From Deltaproteobacteria bacterium RBG_13_43_22 (GTDB taxonomy: Bacteria > Desulfobacterota > RBG-13-43-22): a stretch of DNA of 64,000 bases. Shown piece after piece: positions 1 to 7,786 of the stretch (the first letter of the stretch is position 1; each line of letters begins with the position of its first letter). The stretch is taken from positions 137,968-201,967 of the forward strand of contig MGQB01000001.1 of NCBI GenBank assembly GCA_001797675.1, written 5' to 3'. Under the pieces are notes generated by a model. That model was not told the DNA's origin and made no database searches. It was given only the letters and a program-made list of their open reading frames with translations. The position numbers were made by a program, and so were the translations under genes.

Positions 1-1787
1 GTATCCGTAGAACCGGGAATGAGATGGGCGGGGGATCGTAATTGATCCACCTGTAGATTCAGGCAAAGTAACCCTGAAGAAGGAACTCTTTGGGGGAAGT
101 TCATTACTAAATCGGTCCAAATCCCGGCGGGAAGATCGAAGGTGGTTTCTCCGAAAGGGACAAAGGAGAAACGGTCCGGACTATAGGCCAGTTTTAGGGT
201 TCCGGAAACCCGTTCGCCCAATAAAGGGTCGCCGCTGAAGGCTCTTACATAAAGTTGCCTATTCTTGGGCTTGGTTGAAAGATACACTTCGGCTCTCCGG
301 CTGGTCCACCGAACCTGTCCAGCTTCCCATTTTTCTAAGAAATACCACCCTGGCCCAAGTCCACGCCAGTCCTCTTTCCCCATTTGCAGGAACGGCTCAA
401 ATTCAGCTTGATGCAGATAAAGGGCTTGAAGATGGCTCCAACGATCATCATAACCATGATGTTTCCGCCGCCAGTGAATATTGGAATCAAAGTTTTCACA
501 TTTCTCCAAGTATCGTTTTTCCCGCCGGGCCACTTTGAGAAGGGCTTCATCATCATCGCAATCTTCCCTTAAAAACCCGTCCCAACCGACAACGACCCCT
601 AAGTTCCGAACGTCGTTTGTTGAAAATTCATAATCATTAGCCACCGGGTGGTCTGCCGGTTTCCATACAGGACCGGACAAAACAACAGGAAAGGTTACCT
701 GTTCGGCATCTTTCATCTGAAAAACAATTCTGACCGTCGTAAACATGCGATCCGGGGGAAGGCTGAAATGGGTGATCGGTCGTCCTTTTAGACTGATCGT
801 CCACCACCCCGGAGGAAGACTTTCCGGGACCAGATAAACCATATTCAGGTAAAATATCTGGTAACGGGCCTTGCTTGCAGGTAAATTGAGTCTGGCCTCT
901 GGTTGTGTCCAACGGAAGGGAGTGGTCAACATTCGGGCTATACCATCCATATCAGACCCATGCTCTTCAACAGGATAAAAACCGGAGATGGGCTCCACTT
1001 CTTCCGGATGAATTAATCTTATATGACTAAGACGAGCGGCCTCAACCAGGAGGGTTGAGCGAAATCGCGGCCAAAACCGGTCGATCAGACCTGCCAGTGA
1101 AGGCCTGGAGAATGGGGGGTCCAGACATTTGGAATAATGGACCTGTACTTTCCCGAATCGGTACATCTCTTTGTTTTGGCCTTCAAGCATATAGGCCAAA
1201 TCTGAAGCGGAATATTCTCGTATATGCCTGGTTGAGAGAATAGAACTAAAACTCTCATCGAATCGGCCGGAAATTTCAGAATGAATAGTACGTCCGCTTA
1301 TCATTCTAATTAAATTTTCCAGCCGATTGAGATTGGGGGTGGTGATCAGGATCCTTCCCCCCGGTTTGAGTACCCGGAATGACTCCCGAAGCAGCCGAAA
1401 GGGATTATAGTGGAGGTGCTCAATGATTTCTGAGGCCAGGACCACATCAAAAGATTCATCAGGGAAGGGGAAGTATTCGGATTCAACATCGTTCAAGGTT
1501 ATCAGGATATTGGCTCGGGAGAGTCGATCAACGATCATCTGAAGGCTGGGTGTGCTCTCGGTCCTTCCGGTAAGCCCGTCAACCTGAAAACCCAATTGAT
1601 GAGCCGCGACCGTTAGATGACCAGGAAAGGCACCCACATCCAATAGTCTCCGGCCTTGACCCGAGCCTAAGATCGCCAGGGTATCCAGAAAACGAGCGGA
1701 ATGATAGTCGAGGTAATGTTCTTCCCAGGGGAGCAGGGGTTCTCCCGCATACTGTTTTACCAAGGCCTTGAGTTCGTCGGTATTCAT
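1..1787 (-). CDS. Class I SAM-dependent methyltransferase with ~400-aa C-terminal extension (3' end runs off the window)
   Basis: Absent from the ORF track because it has no stop inside the window. Hand translation from the ATG at 1787-1785 stays open to position 1. Motifs: RRLLDVGAFPGHLT and FDVVLASEIIEHLHYNPFRLLRESFRVLKPGGRILITTPN (methyltransferase fold). The C-terminal part has two G-(F/W)-Y..E....RW-type segments (GFYPVEE...FRWTQPEA and GWYFLEKWEAGQVRWTSRRAE). The ATG lies 3 nt after the stop of the upstream gene. Confidence 0.7.
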   Translation of the reverse strand, partial: MNTDELKALVKQYAGEPLLPWEEHYLDYHSARFLDTLAILGSGQGRRLLDVGAFPGHLTVAAHQLGFQVDGLTGRTESTPSLQMIVDRLSRANILITLNDVESEYFPFPDESFDVVLASEIIEHLHYNPFRLLRESFRVLKPGGRILITTPNLNRLENLIRMISGRTIHSEISGRFDESFSSILSTRHIREYSASDLAYMLEGQNKEMYRFGKVQVHYSKCLDPPFSRPSLAGLIDRFWPRFRSTLLVEAARLSHIRLIHPEEVEPISGFYPVEEHGSDMDGIARMLTTPFRWTQPEARLNLPASKARYQIFYLNMVYLVPESLPPGWWTISLKGRPITHFSLPPDRMFTTVRIVFQMKDAEQVTFPVVLSGPVWKPADHPVANDYEFSTNDVRNLGVVVGWDGFLREDCDDDEALLKVARREKRYLEKCENFDSNIHWRRKHHGYDDRWSHLQALYLHQAEFEPFLQMGKEDWRGLGPGWYFLEKWEAGQVRWTSRRAEVYLSTKPKNRQLYVRAFSGDPLLGERVSGTLKLAYSPDRFSFVPFGETTFDLPAGIWTDLVMNFPQRVPSSGLLCLNLQVDQLRSPAHLIPGSTD

Positions 1788-1790
1788 GGA

Positions 1791-4700
1791 CTATCTCTGA
1801 CCTTCGCCTGAATCAAGCACTTCTATTCGATCAACCAATACATCGGTCTGACCTAAAAATTTTACCCGATATCCAACTTCACACTGAAAGGGAACGTTAA
1901 AATCCAACCGGACCGGTTCATAACCATCGGTTTTAAGGTCCTGGACCTTAACCGTTCTCTTGCTGAAAATCCTCTTTCCCATATCAGTGGCCACTTCTAA
2001 TAAGACAACATTTTTTTCTTTGCCAATGGGGGAAAGGTCTTTCAGGCGGATAAAAAACCCGGCCCGGTACAAACCCGGCTTAAAGGTCCGATAGGGGCCA
2101 TGACAAAGAAAAACAGGTGGATGGAATCCGGCCTTGCCGAATACCGCCTCTTTACCTGAGGCCAAAGTATCAGGAACCACCGTGCCGGTTTGACGAAGCA
2201 ACTCTTCGGCTTCAATCACTCCTGGTCCTGTGTTTTGGTCGGCAAAGCCGATGATCGCCAAGTTAAAATGCAAGGAAACCTTTCCTGAAAAATAGATCCG
2301 GAATCGTATTTCTCCCACCTGGGAAGTCTCAAATTCCAAAGGAACATCGATCCAAGTTCCGAAAGGGCTGACCTCTCGACCCAGAAAAACCTTTTGTTTT
2401 AATAGCTTATCACGGTCCTGGATAATTTCGAGTCGCCCCACTTCTTGCAGGGGATCAGCAGGTCCGGCCTTGATTCGAAATCTGGCCCTGTATTTCCCGG
2501 AAGGCAAATACCTGTTGGGCCCAAGAACCAGATATCCAGGGTGATCCTGACCGGGTGAGGCCAGAGCGACGTTACCCTTTGCACCGGGACGGGGAACCAT
2601 TTTCCCCTGAAGCAGAGCCTTTTCATCCATAAGCAAGTAATATCCGGAGGCCAAGGGATCCATTACATATCTTCCGGTTTCCTGTGGCAGGTAATTAGTA
2701 TAAAAAATAGTCGATACCGGTGAGGTAATGATGGACTCCTTTGACGAAAGATCGTTAATTAGATCCAGATTTGTTTTGGGTTTTACTCCCACCCCATTCC
2801 GCCCCCCTCTAAGGGGAAGGGTAGAAAAAAGAAAAATATCCTGATCGTGGTCAATAAATTTTAGAGAGGGGGAAGCCATCAACCGCTTCAAGGCCAGCCT
2901 CGGAGGAAAGGGACTGATCTTTTCCGGGTAGACCATAGAATTATCATGAAAAGTAATTAAATCAACTTTGAGTTTTTTTAATTTTTCTACCTGGTTCGGT
3001 TTAAATTCCCCATAATCCATAGGAAAGAGAGGCCAGAAAATTTGCCGAACATAATCCCGAACCACCACCGGGGCATATCCGTTTATCATGGGTTTTCGGG
3101 TTCTAGTAACCGTATATTCATAAGCTGAAGATTGATGGGAATCCCCAGGCCAGATAGGAAGTTCCAGGACTCGCTTCCCATCTGACAAACTTTTTTCGAT
3201 CTGCTTGTATATCCGATTATCCATGGACATTATAGAAATCCCTAAGGGTTGCCAGGTATGATATTCAGCCAATACTAAAAGAATAATCATTAAGGGAAGC
3301 CATTTCCTTAAGCGCATCCAGCCCCTTGAGGCTAAACCTTCCCGGATGGTGGTCACGGCCATTCCGGCCAGTAAACACAAGAAGATCATCCCTATCATCA
3401 AAAATCGACCAGGCACCCTGGAGTATTTAAAAAAAGGAAAATATTGGTAAAGAAATTGATAGAGGGGGAATGCGTTCAAAGTCGGCCCCAGAGTCAGGAT
3501 GGCGGCCAAAAAGGCCAGGACGCCGGCCAAAACCAAATGTCCCGGCTTTTTAGGGTTGCGTCTAAAAAGAGGAATCAGTCCAAAGACAGCCAATATGACC
3601 AATCCCCATCCCAAAAGAACAAACCGTTCAGAATTGATATCCTGCCAAAAGAGAAAATTGCTTGCTTTCGGAGAAAACATACGAATCTCGGCGATGGTCC
3701 GCCCCTTGCTGGCTACGGAAGGTAAAAAAACAGTAGTCCGGACATACAGCAGGTAAGCCGAAGCGATCAAAAACCCCGATCCCACCCCTATGATAACAGT
3801 CCAGATCCTTCTTCGGTCAAACATCAGAAGACGATCCCTTTGTTTAAGCCATTGAGCAATCAGGAGGAAGGAAAACAAACCCAAACATAATAGCATTACG
3901 ATCAGACCCAGGTGGGGAACATTGATTCGGGATTTTAAGGCATAAAGCCACAAAAGCAGGAAAATGAAAAAGAGTTTTCCCATCTGAAGACGGGCTTCGG
4001 CAAAGGAAAGGGTGGTTAATCTTGAAAATAAGGCGGACAGATAGAGCCAGATTAATAAGGTGGAAATGACCCCTAAAATCAAGGGTTGGAGCAGGTCAAG
4101 GTGCCAGAAGGGGAGTCCGGTTTTATTCCCGAATCGAATCCAAAACATAAATGAAATCGACAAACCACCGGTTAAAGCCCCAAAAAAACCGGTCCAAAAG
4201 GATATCCTTTTCCATCCTTGTCCTTGAACCAAAGGAAAGGGTTGAATGAGCAGGATGCGACTCGGCAAATAAGCCCCTACGGTCAGGGTCGTTAAAAAAC
4301 TGGTATGGGGATCCATCCAGGACATGAGAATAAAACATAATCCGGCCGCACCGCCGTAAACTTTTCGTCCGGTTGTCAAGGTCTGTTCTATAAAATACAG
4401 ACAAAGGGGCAGGAAAAAGATCACATACCCGGTGAGTTGGCCCCCGGCGATATGACTCACCCGATAGGGAAAAACTGCAAAAATGAGCCCGGCCATTAAA
4501 GAGGCCCAAAGGTCTTTGGTCCAGGTCCGGGCCAGGAGAAACATAGCCAATCCACAAAGCAAAAAAGATAGGAGAATTAATCCGTTATAAGCCCCGATAG
4601 ACCCCAAAGGCAAAAGAAGGACATAAAGGATTGAAAAAGGGAAATTGGCATAAACCGTGCTCATGGGTCCTGCCGGCCCGTTAAATTCATAGGGATTAGT

Positions 4701-4919
4701 CAAAAGGGACGAATTACCGAAAAGGTTGTCCGAAAAAAGCCAATACCAGTAGTAGGACTGCAGTTGATCGCCGGGCATCAGCGGAACCCGCTCAAAACCC
4801 GATATCGGTCTTAGGGTATAGGGGATAGAAGAAAAAAAATCCAGGGTCATGGGCCAGGTAAAAATGATCCCCGCCATCAGGAACAAGGCCAGGCAGAGGA
4901 CTATGGGACGTTTTGACAA
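1791..4919 (-). CDS. Large polytopic membrane protein, putative GT-C-type glycosyltransferase, with ~480-aa extracytoplasmic C-terminal region
   Basis: 1042-aa ORF with a TTG start and GAAGGA about 7 nt upstream. The N-terminal ~560 aa is a series of hydrophobic helices with an early loop PGDQLQSYYWYWLF. The C-terminal half is soluble and beta-rich, with two similar modules. Family assigned from architecture only. Confidence 0.55.
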   Translation of the reverse strand: MSKRPIVLCLALFLMAGIIFTWPMTLDFFSSIPYTLRPISGFERVPLMPGDQLQSYYWYWLFSDNLFGNSSLLTNPYEFNGPAGPMSTVYANFPFSILYVLLLPLGSIGAYNGLILLSFLLCGLAMFLLARTWTKDLWASLMAGLIFAVFPYRVSHIAGGQLTGYVIFFLPLCLYFIEQTLTTGRKVYGGAAGLCFILMSWMDPHTSFLTTLTVGAYLPSRILLIQPFPLVQGQGWKRISFWTGFFGALTGGLSISFMFWIRFGNKTGLPFWHLDLLQPLILGVISTLLIWLYLSALFSRLTTLSFAEARLQMGKLFFIFLLLWLYALKSRINVPHLGLIVMLLCLGLFSFLLIAQWLKQRDRLLMFDRRRIWTVIIGVGSGFLIASAYLLYVRTTVFLPSVASKGRTIAEIRMFSPKASNFLFWQDINSERFVLLGWGLVILAVFGLIPLFRRNPKKPGHLVLAGVLAFLAAILTLGPTLNAFPLYQFLYQYFPFFKYSRVPGRFLMIGMIFLCLLAGMAVTTIREGLASRGWMRLRKWLPLMIILLVLAEYHTWQPLGISIMSMDNRIYKQIEKSLSDGKRVLELPIWPGDSHQSSAYEYTVTRTRKPMINGYAPVVVRDYVRQIFWPLFPMDYGEFKPNQVEKLKKLKVDLITFHDNSMVYPEKISPFPPRLALKRLMASPSLKFIDHDQDIFLFSTLPLRGGRNGVGVKPKTNLDLINDLSSKESIITSPVSTIFYTNYLPQETGRYVMDPLASGYYLLMDEKALLQGKMVPRPGAKGNVALASPGQDHPGYLVLGPNRYLPSGKYRARFRIKAGPADPLQEVGRLEIIQDRDKLLKQKVFLGREVSPFGTWIDVPLEFETSQVGEIRFRIYFSGKVSLHFNLAIIGFADQNTGPGVIEAEELLRQTGTVVPDTLASGKEAVFGKAGFHPPVFLCHGPYRTFKPGLYRAGFFIRLKDLSPIGKEKNVVLLEVATDMGKRIFSKRTVKVQDLKTDGYEPVRLDFNVPFQCEVGYRVKFLGQTDVLVDRIEVLDSGEGQR

Positions 4920-4990
4920 TCTTTATCCTTCTCTAAAATTTTCTTGTTGCCCTTGGTTTTTTTTGGTAAACCTATTATGAATTCAAAGAG

Positions 4991-7429
4991 ATGTCAAGCT
5001 TAGAAGAGTACCGGAACCGGCCAATGCGTAACACCTTCTATTTTCTAATCATTCTATCAATTGCTATTTTCCTTATTGCAATAACCATTCCGGTTCTTCC
5101 TTTTGATTCCGATCAGGCCATCGTGGGATTGATGAGTAAACATATCCTAAACGGAGCCTTCCCCTGGCTTTATTATGGGGACTCCTACAGCGGCATTCTT
5201 GAGCCCCTTCTGGTTTCCTGGTCTTTTCTGTTTTTTGGAATAAACCAGTGGAGTCTTCATCTGATTCCCGGGTTATTTTCAATCCTTTTTATCATTTCTA
5301 TTTATCAGCTTGCTCGAGAGCTTTTTAACCGGGAGATGGGCCTGCTCAGTATGCTCCTGGCCGCAATTCCCCTTTTTCCCATGGGTTACTATCGTTCCCT
5401 GGCCTATGGGGGATATATTGAAATCCTCTGGCTGGGCAATATTATTCTGCTGATCAGTCACCGTCTGGCACTTCAAAAAAAAGAGATATCTCTTTTACTT
5501 CTGTTCTTTTTTGGCCTCCTTTGGGGAATCGCCTGGTGGACCTATCCGATCAGTATTGTCTATCTCATAGCCGGTTTTTCTTTTCTTTTCCTTATCCGAA
5601 GGGAATTGGCCTTCAATGGCAAACTTCTATCCTCAATTTTTGGGTTCTTCCTGGGCAGTACCCCCTTCTGGATTTGGAATGGGCTGAATCAATTTCCATT
5701 CCTGTCTTTTTCCCAATCCCAGGAAAATCCTGATTATTTCTATCGATTCCAAAGATTCTATCATAAGTTCATAGAGTTTTTTACAACCGGTCTCAAGGGG
5801 GATGTAAATTTACTCGCTTTTATTACAGCCGCTTTTTTTGGACTAAGCCTCTTTTTTTTAATCATAGGCCATAAACGGCTTCGAAGGCAATTTCCGGCAA
5901 ACCGGGGATCTACCCTTCTATTGCTTTTTTTTCTGATTTTTTGTTCAACCTACATCGGCTCCCGGTTTAGTGAGCAGAACGCCTCAAGGTATCTCTTGCC
6001 CCTTTATTCCCTTATCCCTATCACTATGGCTCTGGTCTGTTACACCTTCAAAAAAACCAGGAAAATTATTTTTTTCGGTTTGTTCGCTCTTCTCTTTTTG
6101 ATCCATATCTATCACCAATTTTCCCTGAATCTTTTCTTACAAAACTTCTCGGTCCAACACCGGAAACAACTGGCGATTGAACAAACCCTTGTTGATTTTA
6201 TAAGAAAAAAAAATATATCTTATGTGTATACACCGGAATATTGGAGTGCCGCCAAGCTGACGTTTAATGCCAATGAGTATCCGGTCTTCTGCCAACCCTT
6301 TAAAGAGCGATACCCCCTCTACACCTTAAGGGCCGATGCCCTTCTCAACCCGTTCTTCGTCCTGGAAGGGAAATACCGCCAAAGCTTTGAAGAAATGTTT
6401 AAGGCCGCCGGGGGCTCGTATAAAAAAGAAGTTTTTTCGTCACAGGAAAAAATAAAAGGCTATGTCCTTTATTACGATTTTCACCCCCCGGTATCGGATG
6501 GTCTGGAAATTCTGCCTGATGGCTGGAAAGGGAAAAGCAATAGTAGCCCGGACTCGAAAGGTCTGGCTTTTGACCGCAATATATCCTCCTTTTGGACATC
6601 ATCCGCCCCGCAACAATCAGGGATGTTTTATCAAATCGATCTGGGCAGGGTTTACCAAATAAAACGGGTTGTCTTTGGGTGCGGCAAAGGGAAGGAAAGG
6701 GATTTTCCGGCCTTTTATCGGATAGAAATATCCGCCAAGGAGGGGGATTGGAAGAAAGTCGCCTCTGTTAAAAACAATTGGACCTATCTGTTTTGGTCCG
6801 GGGGACGTCCCTTCTGGAAATTAAAAGATGGTCGGATAGAAATCAATTTCTGTCCCCAGGAGGCCCGATTTATCAGGGTCACTCTGACTGGTCCGGCCCC
6901 TCAGGCCTGGTCCCTCGGGGAAATATTCGTTTATCAAACCCACGAGCGGCCTGAATCAAAACCCGTCTCCGCGGAAGAACTGATTTCATTCTTATCGAAA
7001 GAAAAAATAGAATATGTCTACGCCGACTTTGGACTATCCGCCCAAATCACCCATCACACACAAGGCACGATAAAATGCCTTCAGGAAGACTATGACCTCA
7101 CCTTTGGAGAGGATTCAGGCCTGGGAGGATATAATGGTGCCTTTCCTTATTTAAATCGGTTAAAAAAAGTTGTGGATTTTTCCCTTAGACCGGCCTTTGT
7201 GGTCGCCAGAGAAAACCAACCTTCTTTTATCCGAGCCTTGGATACAATCCATGTTACTTATTCAGTTAAAAACTTTCGAGATCATATCCTTTGCTATGGA
7301 ATAAAAGTTTCAGGGCCGGGGAAGATCAAAGGAGAAGGACGTTTCGGGTCTTTTTATTGGAATGGCACCCACCTGTTGCCTATGGGTCAAACAAAACAAC
7401 TTATTACCGGTTCCTCAGCCCCTTCCTGA
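4991..7429 (+). CDS. ArnT/PMT (GT39)-like GT-C membrane glycosyltransferase with one C-terminal F5/8 type C (discoidin) domain
   Basis: 812 aa. First-loop motif PFDSDQAIVGLMSKHILNGAFPWLYYG. About 11 hydrophobic helices. Discoidin-type segment AFDRNISSFWTSSAPQQSGMFYQIDLGRVYQIKRVVF ... ARFIRVTLTGPAPQAWSLGEIFVYQ (about nt 6503-6940). Clear paralog of the ORFs at 25994 and 35553. Confidence 0.75.
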   Translation: MSSLEEYRNRPMRNTFYFLIILSIAIFLIAITIPVLPFDSDQAIVGLMSKHILNGAFPWLYYGDSYSGILEPLLVSWSFLFFGINQWSLHLIPGLFSILFIISIYQLARELFNREMGLLSMLLAAIPLFPMGYYRSLAYGGYIEILWLGNIILLISHRLALQKKEISLLLLFFFGLLWGIAWWTYPISIVYLIAGFSFLFLIRRELAFNGKLLSSIFGFFLGSTPFWIWNGLNQFPFLSFSQSQENPDYFYRFQRFYHKFIEFFTTGLKGDVNLLAFITAAFFGLSLFFLIIGHKRLRRQFPANRGSTLLLLFFLIFCSTYIGSRFSEQNASRYLLPLYSLIPITMALVCYTFKKTRKIIFFGLFALLFLIHIYHQFSLNLFLQNFSVQHRKQLAIEQTLVDFIRKKNISYVYTPEYWSAAKLTFNANEYPVFCQPFKERYPLYTLRADALLNPFFVLEGKYRQSFEEMFKAAGGSYKKEVFSSQEKIKGYVLYYDFHPPVSDGLEILPDGWKGKSNSSPDSKGLAFDRNISSFWTSSAPQQSGMFYQIDLGRVYQIKRVVFGCGKGKERDFPAFYRIEISAKEGDWKKVASVKNNWTYLFWSGGRPFWKLKDGRIEINFCPQEARFIRVTLTGPAPQAWSLGEIFVYQTHERPESKPVSAEELISFLSKEKIEYVYADFGLSAQITHHTQGTIKCLQEDYDLTFGEDSGLGGYNGAFPYLNRLKKVVDFSLRPAFVVARENQPSFIRALDTIHVTYSVKNFRDHILCYGIKVSGPGKIKGEGRFGSFYWNGTHLLPMGQTKQLITGSSAPS

Positions 7430-7786
7430 TCCCCTTTTAAGGGTCAAAAAGACTTCTATCACCACAAAAATTATTCAATAGCAATCTGACCAACCGTTCT
7501 TAATTTCTTAATTTTAGGATATTAGATTAATAGACCGCTATGAACAAAAAATTTCTCTGGATGATTTTATTTTAGGTTCTCTTAGGTGTAGGTTAATACA
7601 ATACGATCTTCTGTTCTATTCTAACGAGAAAGGTCTGCAGAAAGGATTCCTTCGGGCAGCGTTTTCCCTATTTATCTAATTTTTCCAACCGTTCTTTCTC
7701 CTTGCCCTTTGTTCCCTCTTTATTTTATACTCTTTCCACCTTTAAATCCTGACTGCTACCTATCCTAAATGACTTAACATTCTGAT

